A DNA stretch of 64,000 bases from Eubacteriaceae bacterium. Its GTDB lineage: Bacteria > Bacillota > Clostridia > Eubacteriales > Eubacteriaceae. The notes under the pieces are model-generated. The model did not search any database. It was not told the DNA's origin and saw nothing but the letters and a program-made list of their open reading frames with translations. Shown one piece after another: positions 8,967-19,719 of this stretch. Numbering within the stretch: the first letter of the stretch is position 1; each line of letters starts with the position of its first letter. The position numbers were made by a program, and so were the translations under genes. Where the stretch lies: positions 5,963 through 69,962 of the forward strand of contig JBMNSG010000002.1 of the NCBI GenBank assembly GCA_050945075.1. The letters run 5' to 3'.

Positions 8967-9758
8967 TTACCGGATTTCGGAAAGCTTCAGGTCCAGCATA
9001 ACCGGGCAGTGATCGCTTCCCTGGACATCGTCCAGAACAGCAGCTTCCTGGAGAGCGGGAACCAGACTTTCTGATATGAAGAAATAGTCAATACGCCATC
9101 CCGCGTTGGTGGAACGGGCATTGAAGCGGTAACTCCACCAGGAGTACCGGACTTCATCCGGGTGCAGGTTTCGGAAGGTATCGATAAAGCCTGCGGCCAG
9201 GAAACGATCCAGGAACCGGCGTTCTTCGGGAAGAAAACCTGAATGCTTTTCATTGGTTTTCGGGTTTTTCAGATCAATCGGCTGGTGAGCGATATTTACG
9301 TCCCCGCAGACGATAATGTTGCGTCCCTCATTTTTGAGATCGGTCAGTTCGTCTTTGAGGACCTCGTTAAAGGAATTCTTGTAATTCCTGCGGTCTTCGC
9401 CGCTGCCGCCGTTTGGAAAATAAACATTGAACAGGATAAAATCCGTGGTGTCGACCCGCGTCACCCGGCCTTCGTCATTCCAGCGGCTGTCTGCCAGTCC
9501 GCAGGAAACAGAAGCACCTGCCAGTTCCGGCGAGTCGTTTTTCAGATAGACTGCCGTTCCGGAATAGCCCTTGCGCTGGGCCGAGCAGACGGTCAGTGTA
9601 TAGCCGGGGATCTGTGTAAGATCTTCGCCAAGCTGTCCATGTTCCGCTTTGACTTCCTGGATACAGACAATGTCCGCATCCGTGCTCAGAAGCCAGTCGG
9701 CAAAGCCCTTCTTGGCAGCAGCCCTGAGGCCGTTCACATTCCAGGAGTATATTTTCAT
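8967..9758 (-). CDS. xth: Exodeoxyribonuclease III
   Basis: 263 aa. MKIYSWNVNGLRAA N-terminus, DIVCIQE, and a C-terminal SDHCP motif of the EEP/ExoIII family. Confidence 0.9.
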   Translation of the reverse strand: MKIYSWNVNGLRAAAKKGFADWLLSTDADIVCIQEVKAEHGQLGEDLTQIPGYTLTVCSAQRKGYSGTAVYLKNDSPELAGASVSCGLADSRWNDEGRVTRVDTTDFILFNVYFPNGGSGEDRRNYKNSFNEVLKDELTDLKNEGRNIIVCGDVNIAHQPIDLKNPKTNEKHSGFLPEERRFLDRFLAAGFIDTFRNLHPDEVRYSWWSYRFNARSTNAGWRIDYFFISESLVPALQEAAVLDDVQGSDHCPVMLDLKLSEIR

Positions 9759-10165
9759 AAAATCACCGCTTTCTGAATGAATGTTGTAAAATAACCGTAA
9801 CAGCAGAGAGAATCAGTTTTCAGATACCATCTGAATGTGTATTTAAACTCCGGCGGTTATTGTAACCAGTAGAATAATCGAAGGGTTTTCGATCACACTA
9901 TGTATTGTATCCTTTGATTGCTTCTGATTGCTGTAAAAGTTGTATTGGGTAAAAGACAAAAAATGTCAAGGTAATTAACTCTGTACTACGAAAAGATATT
10001 GGATAATTTGTCTATCCGCTTGAACTGATATGGACAATGTGATAGGCTTGTTATAGATTTAACAGAATAGATGATGGGTATTTATCCTTTAATACGCATC
10101 AGATACACTTCGGTCTGCAAACGATATGGAAAATGCATTCGTGCAAATTTTAGGAGGTTTCAAAG

Positions 10166-11374
10166 ATGGCTAAAGAAGTAGTGTTATTAGGCGCAGTCCG
10201 CACACCTGTCGGAAAGTTTGGCGGCGGATTGTCCACAACGTCCGCAGTTAAACTGGGAACAATCGCAGTCAAGGAAGCTATGAATCGTGCCGGAGTCAAA
10301 CCGGAAGATATCGACGAAGTTATCCTCGGCAACGTTCTTCAGGCAGGACAGGGACAGAGCCCGGCCCGTCAGATTGCTGTCAATGCAGGAATTCCGGTAG
10401 AAGTTCCGGCAATGACCATTAACAATCTCTGTGGTTCAGGTCTTAAATCCGTTAACCTTGCATACAACCTGATTCAGGCTGGTGATGTAGACTGCGTACT
10501 CTGTGGTGGTACTGAAAACATGTCCATGGCACCGTACCTGGTACCGAATGCCCGTTACGGCTACAGAATGAACAACGGCGTTCTGGTTGACTCCATGATC
10601 AAAGATGCACTGACCGATGCGTTCGGCAACATCCACATGGGCGTAACAGCAGAAAATGTTGCTAAGAAATACGGGATTACCCGCGAAGAACAGGATGAAT
10701 TTGCAGCTCGCAGCCAGCAGAAAGCCAGCAAGGCTATTGCAGACGGCAAGTTCAAGGAAGAAATCGTTCCTGTAGAAGTTGTTTCACGTAAAAAGACAGT
10801 TGTCGTCGACACAGATGAAGGTCCGAGAGAAAACGTAACTGCTGAAAGTATTTCCAAACTCAAACCCTGCTTCATCACAGACGGAACAGGTACCGTTACA
10901 GCTGCAAATGCTTCCGGTATCAATGACGGCGCTGCTGCCATCATCGTTATGAGCAGAGAAAAAGCCGAAGAACTCGGAATTGCACCGGAAAAGATCCAGG
11001 CAGTTTATGTATCTGGCGCATCTGCAGGCGTTCCGCCGGAAATCATGGGAACAGGCCCGATCCCGGCATCCAGAAAAGCTATGAAGAGAGCAGACCTGAC
11101 CATCGATGATATCGGTCTGGTAGAAGCTAACGAAGCTTTCGCAGCTCAGTCTATCGCAGTTGTCCGCGATCTGAATATCCCGGCTGACAAGGTTAACGTA
11201 AACGGTGGTGCTATCGCACTCGGACATCCGGTAGGATGCTCTGGCGCACGTATCCTGGTTACTCTGATCCACGAAATGCTCAGAGACGACGTCAAGTACG
11301 GTCTGGCTACACTGTGTGTAGGCGGCGGCATGGGCGTTGCAACCATTATCGAAAATCCGAAATTCGTTAAATAA
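10166..11374 (+). CDS. thlA: Acetyl-CoA acetyltransferase (thiolase II)
   Basis: 402 aa. Active-site context [11 protein letters not shown]-terminal [20 protein letters not shown] and CVGGGMG. AGGAGG RBS. Confidence 0.93.
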   Translation: MAKEVVLLGAVRTPVGKFGGGLSTTSAVKLGTIAVKEAMNRAGVKPEDIDEVILGNVLQAGQGQSPARQIAVNAGIPVEVPAMTINNLCGSGLKSVNLAYNLIQAGDVDCVLCGGTENMSMAPYLVPNARYGYRMNNGVLVDSMIKDALTDAFGNIHMGVTAENVAKKYGITREEQDEFAARSQQKASKAIADGKFKEEIVPVEVVSRKKTVVVDTDEGPRENVTAESISKLKPCFITDGTGTVTAANASGINDGAAAIIVMSREKAEELGIAPEKIQAVYVSGASAGVPPEIMGTGPIPASRKAMKRADLTIDDIGLVEANEAFAAQSIAVVRDLNIPADKVNVNGGAIALGHPVGCSGARILVTLIHEMLRDDVKYGLATLCVGGGMGVATIIENPKFVK

Positions 11375-11400
11375 GCAGTTTATTCCATACAGGAGCAGAA

Positions 11401-12177
11401 ATGAGCTTCGTTAATTACGAACAGGACGGTGCAGTGGCCGTTCTTACCATCAATCGTGAAAAAGCGCTGAACGCACTGAATTCACAGGTCCTCGACGATC
11501 TCGATACCGCCATTAACGACATCGATATGAATACAGTCAGATGTCTGATCATCACCGGTGCAGGACAGAAATCCTTTGTTGCTGGAGCGGATATTGGCGA
11601 AATGTCCAAGCTTACCAAAAAAGAAGCAGAATTCTTTGGCAAGAAGGGAAATGCGGTCTTCAGAAAGATCGAAACTCTGCCTATTCCGGTTATTGCAGCA
11701 GTAAACGGCTTTGCCCTGGGCGGCGGCTGTGAAATTTCCATGGCCTGTGACATTCGTCTGGCTTCGGAAAATGCATTATTCGGACAGCCGGAAGCTGGTC
11801 TGGGTATCACACCCGGATTTGGCGGAACCCAGAGACTGGCCCGTCTGATTCCGGTCGGACTTGCCAAGCAGATGATCTATGCCTGCACCAATATCAAGGC
11901 GCAGCAGGCAAAGGAATGTGGTCTGGTCAATGAAGTCTATGCAGCAGATGAACTGATGCCGGCAGCGAAGAAGCTGGCCGGAAAGATCGCCGGCAACGCG
12001 CCGATCGCCGTCAGAAACTGCAAGGCTGCGATCAATGAAGGTCTTGATATGACCATGGATAATGCGATCAATCTGGAATCCGAATATTTCGGAAACTGCT
12101 TTGAATCAGCAGATCAGCAGGAAGGCATGGATGCATTCCTGAACAAGAGAAAACACGAACCCTTCCAGAACAAGTAA
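11401..12177 (+). CDS. crt: Short-chain enoyl-CoA hydratase (crotonase)
   Basis: 258 aa. Crotonase-fold motifs FVAGADI and AAVNGFALGGGCE; sits between thiolase and hbd. Confidence 0.9.
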   Translation: MSFVNYEQDGAVAVLTINREKALNALNSQVLDDLDTAINDIDMNTVRCLIITGAGQKSFVAGADIGEMSKLTKKEAEFFGKKGNAVFRKIETLPIPVIAAVNGFALGGGCEISMACDIRLASENALFGQPEAGLGITPGFGGTQRLARLIPVGLAKQMIYACTNIKAQQAKECGLVNEVYAADELMPAAKKLAGKIAGNAPIAVRNCKAAINEGLDMTMDNAINLESEYFGNCFESADQQEGMDAFLNKRKHEPFQNK

Positions 12178-12193
12178 GGATTTGGTATAATGG

Positions 12194-12244
12194 GCCGCTT
12201 ATAGCGGCACACAGGAAAACTGACAGCAATGTCAGTTTTTCCTG
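12194..12244 (+). other. Two stem-loops in the crt-hbd intergenic gap
   Basis: gccgct/agcggc (12194-12208) and a 13-bp stem caggaaaactgac/gtcagtttttcctg with one bulged T (12212-12244). There is no clean T-tail after the second stem. Confidence 0.5.
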
Positions 12245-12292
12245 ACGTTTGAAATCTCACAGATTTAATCTTATATAACTAAGGAGACAATC

Positions 12293-13132
12293 ATGAAGGT
12301 TGGCGTTGTTGGCGCAGGCACAATGGGAAGCGGTATTGCTCAGACATTCGCAGTCAAAGACGGATACGATGTTGTTCTGACTGATATCAAACAGGAATGG
12401 GCAGATGGCGGAAAAGCAAAGATCCAGAAGGGTCTCGATCGTCAGGTTAAAAAAGGCAAGATGACTCAGGAACAGGAAGATGCAACCCTGAACAAGATCA
12501 CAACCGGCCTCAAAGAAGACCTGAAGGACTGCGATCTGATCATCGAAGCAGCTCTTGAAAACATGGAAGCAAAGAAAGATCTGTTCAAGGATCTTGATGA
12601 AATTGTCAAGAAGGATGCTACTTTTGCATCGAACACATCTTCACTGTCTATCACTGAAATCGGCAAGGGTCTGTCCCGTCCGGTTATCGGCATGCACTTC
12701 TTCAACCCGGTTCCGGTTATGAAACTGGTCGAAGTTATCGCAGGCTACAATACACCGCAGGCAACTGTGGATCAGATTACTGAAATTGCCAAAGATATCG
12801 GAAAGACACCGGTACAGGTTGATGAAGCTCCTGGCTTTGTCGTAAACCGTATTCTGGTTCCGTACATCAACGAAGGTATCGTTGTTCTGTCTGAAGGAAC
12901 AGCCAGCGCAGCCGATATCGATACAGCTATGAAACTGGGCGCCAATCACCCGATGGGACCGCTGGAACTCGGCGATCTGATCGGCCTGGATGTTGTGCTG
13001 GCTATCATGGAAGTACTCCAGTCTGAAACTGGTCAGGATAAGTATGCTCCGTCACCGTTACTGAGGAAAATGGTGAGAGCGGGCGCACTTGGCCGCAAGA
13101 CAGGCAAAGGCTTCTACGATTACTCTAAGTAA
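12293..13132 (+). CDS. hbd: 3-hydroxybutyryl-CoA dehydrogenase
   Basis: 279 aa. Rossmann motif [15 protein letters not shown]; [13 protein letters not shown] signature of the 3-hydroxyacyl-CoA dehydrogenase family. Confidence 0.92.
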   Translation: MKVGVVGAGTMGSGIAQTFAVKDGYDVVLTDIKQEWADGGKAKIQKGLDRQVKKGKMTQEQEDATLNKITTGLKEDLKDCDLIIEAALENMEAKKDLFKDLDEIVKKDATFASNTSSLSITEIGKGLSRPVIGMHFFNPVPVMKLVEVIAGYNTPQATVDQITEIAKDIGKTPVQVDEAPGFVVNRILVPYINEGIVVLSEGTASAADIDTAMKLGANHPMGPLELGDLIGLDVVLAIMEVLQSETGQDKYAPSPLLRKMVRAGALGRKTGKGFYDYSK

Positions 13133-13180
13133 TCCACGATAATTTTCACTAAACTGTTTATATAATATCAGGAGGAAAGT

Positions 13181-14326
13181 ATGGACTTCACACTCGGTAA
13201 AGAGTATGAAATGCTGCGTCAGCTCTACAGAGATTTCGCAGAAAAAGAAGTAAAACCAATCGCTTCAGAAGTAGACGAAGAAGAACGTTTCCCGAAAGAA
13301 ACGGTCGAAAAAATGAAAAATAACGGATTCCTCGGAATTCCGTTCCCGGTTGAACTGGGCGGACAGGGCGGCGACACGCTGGCTTATGTCCTGCTGGTCG
13401 AAGAACTCTCCAGAGTCTGCGCTACAACCGGCGTTATCGTATCTGCTCACACATCACTCGGTGCGGAACCGATCCGTAAATGGGGTACACCGGAACAGAA
13501 GGAAAAATATCTGATTCCGATGGTCAAGGGCGAAAAGCTCGGCGCTTTCGGTCTTACTGAACCGAATGCCGGTACAGATGCTTCCGGTCAGCAGACCAAG
13601 GCTGTTTTCGACAAAGAAACCAACGAATGGATCCTCAACGGTTCCAAGATCTTCATCACCAACGGCGGCCAGGCTGATGTCTACATCATTTTTGCAATGA
13701 CAGACAAGAGCAAGGGAAACAGAGGTATTTCCGCATTTATCGTAGACGCGGGACTTCCGGGCTTCTCAATCGGCACCAAGGAAAAGAAGATGGGTATCCG
13801 CGGTTCTTCAACAACAGAACTGGTATTCGAAGATGTACATCTGCCGGCAGAAAATCTGCTTGGTAAAGAAGGCAAGGGCTTCAATATCGCCATGACCACC
13901 CTCGACGGCGGCCGTATCGGTATCGCAGCTCAGGCTCTCGGTATCGCAGAAGGTGCTCTTCAGGAAACTATCGACTACGTCAAGGAACGTAAACAGTTCG
14001 GACGTTCGATTGCAAAATTCCAGAATACCCAGTTCAAAATCGCGGATATGTATACCCGCATCGAAGCTGCCCGTGCTCTCGTTTACAAGGCTGCGATCGC
14101 CAAGGATACTCAGAAGGTATTCAGCTTTGAAGCAGCTCAGGCTAAGCTCTTTGCTGCCGAAACAGCGATGGCTGTTACGACAGAATGTGTACAGCTCTTC
14201 GGTGGTTATGGTTATACCAGAGACTATCCGGTAGAACGTATGATGAGAGATGCGAAGATCACTGAAATCTACGAAGGTACCAGCGAAGTACAGCGTATGG
14301 TTATTTCAGGACGGCTCTTCAAATAA
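13181..14326 (+). CDS. bcd: Butyryl-CoA dehydrogenase (acyl-CoA dehydrogenase, short chain)
   Basis: 381 aa. ACAD motifs GLTEPNAGTDAS and QLFGGYGYTRDYPVERMMRDAKITEIYEGTSE; followed directly by etfBA. Confidence 0.92.
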   Translation: MDFTLGKEYEMLRQLYRDFAEKEVKPIASEVDEEERFPKETVEKMKNNGFLGIPFPVELGGQGGDTLAYVLLVEELSRVCATTGVIVSAHTSLGAEPIRKWGTPEQKEKYLIPMVKGEKLGAFGLTEPNAGTDASGQQTKAVFDKETNEWILNGSKIFITNGGQADVYIIFAMTDKSKGNRGISAFIVDAGLPGFSIGTKEKKMGIRGSSTTELVFEDVHLPAENLLGKEGKGFNIAMTTLDGGRIGIAAQALGIAEGALQETIDYVKERKQFGRSIAKFQNTQFKIADMYTRIEAARALVYKAAIAKDTQKVFSFEAAQAKLFAAETAMAVTTECVQLFGGYGYTRDYPVERMMRDAKITEIYEGTSEVQRMVISGRLFK

Positions 14327-14342
14327 GGGAGGACAGTTTTAA

Positions 14343-15131
14343 GTGAAAATAGTTGTTTGTGTAAAACAGGTTCCGGATACGAATGAAGTAAAGCTGGACC
14401 CGAAAACAGGTACACTGATTCGTGAAGGCGTTCCGTCTATCATGAATCCTGACGATAAAGCCGGTCTTGAAGCTGCTCTGCAGATCAAAGACAACAATGA
14501 AGGTGTCGAAATTGTCGTACTGACAATGGGACCACCGCAGGCTGACGAAGTTCTCCGTGAAGCACTGGCAATGGGCGCTGACGAAGGCATTCTGCTCACC
14601 GACAGAAAGTTCGGCGGAGCGGATACATGGGCTACATCCTCAACGATCGCAGCTGCGATCGAAGCGATTCCGGGCTGGGATCTGATCATCACCGGCCGTC
14701 AGGCTATCGATGGCGATACCGCACAGGTTGGTCCGCAGATTGCCGAACATCTCGGAATCCCGAATGTTTCCTATGCTGAAGATATCAAGCTCGAAGGCGA
14801 CTATGTTGTCGTCAAGAGACAGTATGAAGACCGTTATCAGATGGTCAAAGTCAAGATGCCGTGCCTGATCACCGCACTTGGCGAAATGAATACGCCGAGA
14901 TATATGACTCCGGGTGGAGTCCTCAATGCTTACAGAAACGGCAACGTCCAGGTATGGGGCCGCGATGACATTACTATCGACGATTCGAATATCGGACTGA
15001 GTGGTTCCCCGACCAGAGTTTTCAAGTCTTTCCCGAAATCTCTGAAAGAACCAGGAACCATTTTCGAACTCGATCCTCAGGAATCGGCAGAAAAAATTGT
15101 CGAAAAACTGCAGGAAAAATTCATCATATAG
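14343..15131 (+). CDS. etfB: Electron transfer flavoprotein subunit beta
   Basis: 262 aa. GTG start gives the canonical MKIVVCVKQVPD N-terminus. Ends in TAG. Confidence 0.9.
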   Translation: MKIVVCVKQVPDTNEVKLDPKTGTLIREGVPSIMNPDDKAGLEAALQIKDNNEGVEIVVLTMGPPQADEVLREALAMGADEGILLTDRKFGGADTWATSSTIAAAIEAIPGWDLIITGRQAIDGDTAQVGPQIAEHLGIPNVSYAEDIKLEGDYVVVKRQYEDRYQMVKVKMPCLITALGEMNTPRYMTPGGVLNAYRNGNVQVWGRDDITIDDSNIGLSGSPTRVFKSFPKSLKEPGTIFELDPQESAEKIVEKLQEKFII

Positions 15132-15144
15132 GAGCATTGTGTAA

Positions 15145-16170
15145 ATGAGTAATGCAGATTATAAAGGCGTAATGATCTATGCTGAGCAGGTAGACGGGAA
15201 AATTACACCCGTTTCCTACGAACTGATCGGAAAAGCAAAAGAACTGGCGAAGGATCTGGATACTGACGTTACAGCAGTACTCCTGGGTTCTGATGTCGGC
15301 ACCCTTCCTGAAAAACTGGAAATGCGCGGAGCAGACAGAGTTATTGTCGTTGACAATTCAGCTCTGGATCAGTACAAGACTGAACCGTATGTTCATGCGC
15401 TGACTACTGTTATCAACAAGTATAAACCGGAAGTCGTTCTGGTCGGTGCTACTGCAATCGGCCGTGATCTGGCTCCGAGAGTTTCCGCCAGAGTCCACAC
15501 AGGACTGACGGCAGACTGCACCAAGCTGGAAATCAATCCGGAAGACAAGGGTCTTATGATGACTCGTCCGGCATTCGGCGGCAACATCATGGCTACTATC
15601 CTGTGCCCGAATAACAGACCTCAGATGTCCACCGTTCGTCCCGGCGTAATGCAGAAGCTTCCGAGAAACCCGGAACTCAAGGGACATGCCCAGATTATCT
15701 TCGAAGATATCAACGATTTCGACAAGCATGACAATACTGAAATCCTGGAAGTCGTCAAGACCATTCAGGAAAAGATGGACATTCAGGACGCCAAGGTTCT
15801 GATCTCCGGCGGACGTGGTATGCAGTCACCGGAAAACTTCAAGATCCTCCAGGATCTGGCCGATGTACTGGGCGGAACAGTTTCTTCCTCACGTGCTGCA
15901 GTTGATGCAGGCTGGGTTGAAAAAGACCGTCAGGTAGGTCAGACTGGTAAGACAGTCCGTCCGAACCTGTATGTTGCTGTCGGTATTTCAGGCGCTATCC
16001 AGCATCTCGCGGGTATGGAAGATTCTGACTTTATCGTAGCAATTAACAAGGACGATACAGCACCGATCTTCTCCGTAGCAGACGTTGGAATCGTCGGCGA
16101 CGGTCTCAAGATCGTTCCGCTGCTTACTGAAGCAATTAAAGCTGAAAAAGCCGAAAAAGCTGAAGCATAA
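15145..16170 (+). CDS. etfA: Electron transfer flavoprotein subunit alpha
   Basis: 341 aa. C-terminal FAD-binding region [17 protein letters not shown]. Confidence 0.9.
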   Translation: MSNADYKGVMIYAEQVDGKITPVSYELIGKAKELAKDLDTDVTAVLLGSDVGTLPEKLEMRGADRVIVVDNSALDQYKTEPYVHALTTVINKYKPEVVLVGATAIGRDLAPRVSARVHTGLTADCTKLEINPEDKGLMMTRPAFGGNIMATILCPNNRPQMSTVRPGVMQKLPRNPELKGHAQIIFEDINDFDKHDNTEILEVVKTIQEKMDIQDAKVLISGGRGMQSPENFKILQDLADVLGGTVSSSRAAVDAGWVEKDRQVGQTGKTVRPNLYVAVGISGAIQHLAGMEDSDFIVAINKDDTAPIFSVADVGIVGDGLKIVPLLTEAIKAEKAEKAEA

Positions 16171-16176
16171 TAACCG

Positions 16177-16207
16177 GAATCCCGCGAAAGCGGGATTCTT
16201 TTTTTGG
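16177..16207 (+). terminator. Intrinsic terminator after etfA
   Basis: gaatcccgc / gaaa loop / gcgggattc, followed by a T-run. Confidence 0.8.
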
Positions 16208-16289
16208 ACAATACGCCCTTTCTCGGTCCGCGTATAAAAAACGAATACTGTTTAGAATGAAATCTGACCATAAATATGGTGGAGAAAAA

Positions 16290-17639
16290 ATGAATTTCGA
16301 AAAAGAATACAGAGAAAAACTGGTTACTGCCGAACAGGCAGCCACAGCCATCAAAAGCGACGACTGGGTGGATTACGGCTGGTGTGTCACTACACCGGAC
16401 GCAGTAGACAAAGCGCTGGCTAAACGGATTACGGAAGTCAATCTGACCAATGTTAAATTCCGCGGCGGCATCCTGATGCGTGAACCGGAAATTTTCAAAA
16501 TCGAAAATGCTGCGGATCACTTTGTCTGGAACAGCTGGCATATGGGCGGGATCGAACGCAGAGCCGTTGCCAAGGGCTTCTGCTTCTATGCACCGCTGCG
16601 TTATTCAGAACTGCCGCGTTATTATCTCGACATGAAGGATCCGGTCGATGTAGCGATCTTCGTCTGTTCGCCTATGGACGAACATGGCTATTTCAATTTC
16701 GGACCTTCCGCTTCCCATCTGGGTGCGGTCATGCAGCGCGCAAAGAAGATCATTGTCGAAGTAAACAATACTGTTCCGCGTTGTCTGGGCGGCGTCGAAA
16801 ACGGCGTTCATATTGACAGGGTCGATATGATTGTTGAATCCGACAATACACAGATTCCGGTTACCGGAGCAGCCGGTGAACCTTCGGAAGTAGATCAGAA
16901 GGTCGCAGAACTGATCGTTAATGAAATTCCGAACGGTGCCTGCCTGCAGCTGGGAATCGGCGGTATGCCTAATGCTGTCGGCAAGCTTATTGCAGAATCC
17001 GATCTGAAGAATCTCGGTGTTCATACCGAAATGTATGTCGACTCCTTTGTTGATATTGCCCGGGCCGGCAAGATTAACGGCTCACAGAAGAACATCGACC
17101 GTTTCCGTCAGACCTATGCTTTCGGTTCCGGTACCAAGAAGATGTACGACTATCTGAATGACAATCCGGAATGTATGTCGACCTCAGTCGGTTATACCAA
17201 TGATGTCCGTATCATTTCACAGCTCGACAACTTCATGTCCATTAACAACGCTGTAGATATTGACCTGTACGGGCAGATTTCTTCGGAATCTTCCGGAACC
17301 AAGCATATTTCCGGAGCCGGCGGACAGCTTGACTTCGTACTCGGTGCCTATCTGTCACAGGGCGGCAAGAGCTTTATCTGCCTGTCTTCGACCTTCACAG
17401 ACAAGAAGGGCGAAATGCACAGCCGTATCCTGCCTACTCTGCATGACGGTTCAGTCGTGACCGATACCCGTGCCAATGTCCAGTATATCGTCACTGAATA
17501 CGGGATCATCAATCTGAAGGGCCTGGCTACCTGGCAGAGAGCAGAAGCACTGATCTCGATCGCTCATCCGGATATGCGTGATCAGCTCATTAAAGACGCT
17601 GAAAAGATGGGGATCTGGAGACGGACCAACAAAGAATAA
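16290..17639 (+). CDS. but: Butyryl-CoA:acetate CoA-transferase (acetyl-CoA hydrolase/transferase family)
   Basis: The ORF is open from 16257, but the ATG at 16290 follows GGAG with a 5-nt spacer. It gives [18 protein letters not shown], which is colinear with known But/4-hydroxybutyrate CoA-transferase family N-termini. Confidence 0.85.
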   Translation: MNFEKEYREKLVTAEQAATAIKSDDWVDYGWCVTTPDAVDKALAKRITEVNLTNVKFRGGILMREPEIFKIENAADHFVWNSWHMGGIERRAVAKGFCFYAPLRYSELPRYYLDMKDPVDVAIFVCSPMDEHGYFNFGPSASHLGAVMQRAKKIIVEVNNTVPRCLGGVENGVHIDRVDMIVESDNTQIPVTGAAGEPSEVDQKVAELIVNEIPNGACLQLGIGGMPNAVGKLIAESDLKNLGVHTEMYVDSFVDIARAGKINGSQKNIDRFRQTYAFGSGTKKMYDYLNDNPECMSTSVGYTNDVRIISQLDNFMSINNAVDIDLYGQISSESSGTKHISGAGGQLDFVLGAYLSQGGKSFICLSSTFTDKKGEMHSRILPTLHDGSVVTDTRANVQYIVTEYGIINLKGLATWQRAEALISIAHPDMRDQLIKDAEKMGIWRRTNKE

Positions 17640-17731
17640 GCACTATAAAAACAAAACAGCAGCATCGATTCTCTGCATTCAGGCAGACGGTTTAAGCTGT
17701 TCTGCCGCGGATGCTGCTGGAATCGAAGCTG

Positions 17732-17782
17732 TATAAACAAAAGAGACATTACCTGAACAAGGTAATGTCTCTTTTGTTTATA
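17732..17782. terminator. Bidirectional terminator, perfect 22-bp stem
   Basis: tataaacaaaagagacattacc / 7-nt loop / ggtaatgtctcttttgtttata, between the convergent but and proA genes. Confidence 0.8.
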
Positions 17783-17828
17783 CATGATTTACAGCCGGAC
17801 TGATCAGTACAGTATCTTATTCCATCAT

Positions 17829-17950
17829 CCGGGCAGTTACTCCATGCAGATTCTCCGGTCAGGCATTCGTGCGTAGTCCGGATAGGTTCTCCGGTCAGCC
17901 GCTCGTGTGTAATCCGGGCAGTTCCTCAGATAAGGCGTTTGTGCGTGAAG
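17829..17950. repeat. Degenerate 36-bp tandem repeat spanning the proA 3' end and its downstream region
   Basis: ttctccggtcagNcNNtcgtgYgtaRtccgg occurs at 17851-17881 and 17887-17917. A third degenerate copy overlaps the last proA codons. Confidence 0.7.
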
Positions 17951-19221
17951 TGTTTTTTACCGTCCGCATAATCGGCTACAATGTCGCCATTTCCCCTGAG
18001 GATATACTTATAGGTACAGAGCCCTTCCAGGCCTACAGGGCCTCTTGCGTGGAGTTTGGAGGTGCTGATGCCTACCTCTGCACCGAACCCGAAACGATAG
18101 CCGTCCGAGAAGCGGGTGGAAGCATTGACGAACACGCAGGCAGAATCCACACCTGTGGTGAAAGCTTTTGCAGCATCGCTGTTTTCCGTGACAATGGCAT
18201 CGGTATGACCGGAGCCATAACGGTTGATGTGGTCAATAGCCGTCTGTTCGTCCGGAACAACTTTAATGGAAAGAATATAATCGAGGTACTCGGTTTTCCA
18301 GTCTGCTTCGTCTGCCGCTTTGACATCGATGATGGATTGTGTTGCCTCGTCGCCGCGCAGCTCCGTGTTCTTTGCTGCAATCGCTTCCCGGAATTTCGGA
18401 AGAAATGCCTTCGCTATATCCTGGTGAACGAGCAGTGTTTCGGTAGCATTGCAGACTGCCGGATACTGTGTTTTGCCGTCTACTGCGATTCTGACCGCTT
18501 TGTCAATATCCGCATCCCTGTCGATATAGGTGTGGCAGATTCCGTCTGCATGACCCATGACCGGGATCCGGGAGTGGTCCATAATGTATCGGACAAAAGC
18601 ATTGGAACCGCGAGGGATAATCAGATCGATATACTCGTCAAGAGCAAGCATTTCGTTCACTTCTTCGCGTGTTTCCATATTCTGGATCCAGCCGTCCGGC
18701 AGTCCGCCTTCATGACCGGCATCCCGGATTGTTTCATACAGGGCCCGGATCGTTTCAATGGCCTCGCGTCCGCCCTTGAGCATGACGCCGTTCCCGCTTT
18801 TCAGTGCCAGGGTTGAAATCTGAACAAAAGCATCAGGTCTGGATTCAAATATAATGCCGAGAACGCCCAGAGGGACGGTTACCCGGCTCAGAATCAGCCC
18901 GTTGTCCAGCTCGGTCTGCATGGTGATATCGCCTATGGGATTGTCAAGTTCCTTCAGGCTTTCAATGCCGGCAATGACATCGGCCAGCTTGTGATCGTCA
19001 AAACGCAGGCGCTTCATTAACGGAGCCGCCAGACCTTCCTGCTCTGATCGTTTCAGGTCTTTCTCATTGGCCTGAAGAATCATCTGTTCATTGGCCCTGA
19101 GCTTTTCGGCAATCTTTGTTAAAGCCTGCTGTCTGGTTTCGTAAGGCAGTGTGGAAAGCTTTAAACTCGCCTGTCTGGCCTCCCGGCCTTTCTCGCGTAT
19201 CGTTACTTTATTCTCTGTCAT
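17926..19221 (-). CDS. proA: Glutamate-5-semialdehyde dehydrogenase (gamma-glutamyl phosphate reductase)
   Basis: ALDH-fold ProA pattern (NASTRFSDGYRFGFGAEVGISTSKLHARGP). The ATG at 19221 follows an AGGA RBS; a TTG at 19239 is an alternative start. Confidence 0.9.
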   Translation of the reverse strand: MTENKVTIREKGREARQASLKLSTLPYETRQQALTKIAEKLRANEQMILQANEKDLKRSEQEGLAAPLMKRLRFDDHKLADVIAGIESLKELDNPIGDITMQTELDNGLILSRVTVPLGVLGIIFESRPDAFVQISTLALKSGNGVMLKGGREAIETIRALYETIRDAGHEGGLPDGWIQNMETREEVNEMLALDEYIDLIIPRGSNAFVRYIMDHSRIPVMGHADGICHTYIDRDADIDKAVRIAVDGKTQYPAVCNATETLLVHQDIAKAFLPKFREAIAAKNTELRGDEATQSIIDVKAADEADWKTEYLDYILSIKVVPDEQTAIDHINRYGSGHTDAIVTENSDAAKAFTTGVDSACVFVNASTRFSDGYRFGFGAEVGISTSKLHARGPVGLEGLCTYKYILRGNGDIVADYADGKKHFTHKRLI

Positions 19222-19242
19222 TGTTTGTTCCTGTCTCAAAAA

Positions 19243-19719
19243 TTATTTATGATAGGTTTCATTTCTGATGATTTTAAACGCACGGTAGATCTGTTCCAGC
19301 AGCATGACCCGGAAAAGCTGATGGGGAAAGGTCATCTGTGAAAAAGACAGAACCATCCGGCTCTGCTGGAGGACGGCTTCCGAAAGTCCATTGGACCCGC
19401 CGATCATAAAGTTGATCGTACTGTCGCCGGACAGCATCATCTGTTCCAGTGTGTCCGCAAACTTTTCGGAAATCATTTCCTGTCCGTTCGGATCCAGAGC
19501 GATGGAAGGGTAAGTACCTGCTTTTTCGAGGATTTTCTGTCCTTCCCGTTCCTTCACACGCCGGATTTCTTCTTCAGAGTAGCTTTCCGGCACCTTTTCG
19601 TCTTTGAGTTCTATAATTTCGACCTTTGCATAAGCCGAAAGACGTTTCAGATACTCTTCGCAGGCGGATTTAAAAAACTTTTCCTTTAATTTACCAACGC
19701 AGATCACTCTGATTTTCAT
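19243..19719 (-). CDS. rlmH: 23S rRNA (pseudouridine1915-N3)-methyltransferase RlmH
   Basis: 158 aa. MKIRVICVGKLKEKF N-terminus and SPOUT C-terminus (IGGSNGLS ... LSFSQMTFPHQL). Confidence 0.9.
   Translation of the reverse strand: MKIRVICVGKLKEKFFKSACEEYLKRLSAYAKVEIIELKDEKVPESYSEEEIRRVKEREGQKILEKAGTYPSIALDPNGQEMISEKFADTLEQMMLSGDSTINFMIGGSNGLSEAVLQQSRMVLSFSQMTFPHQLFRVMLLEQIYRAFKIIRNETYHK

Noticed and set aside
9759-10165. Rex-type (TTGTTAA-N4-TTAACAA) redox operator upstream of the butyrate genes
   Set aside because: Only loose partial matches (for example around 9783-9802) were seen by eye. None is close enough to claim without a matrix scan.
16257-16289. Upstream start for the CoA-transferase gene
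   Set aside because: The ATG at 16290 has GGAG at ideal spacing and gives the family-typical N-terminus. The earlier ATG lacks an RBS.
17869-18816. 315-aa + strand ORF
   Set aside because: It is entirely antisense to proA, whose translation has clear family motifs. The product is Cys/Arg/Phe-rich with no recognisable domain and no RBS.
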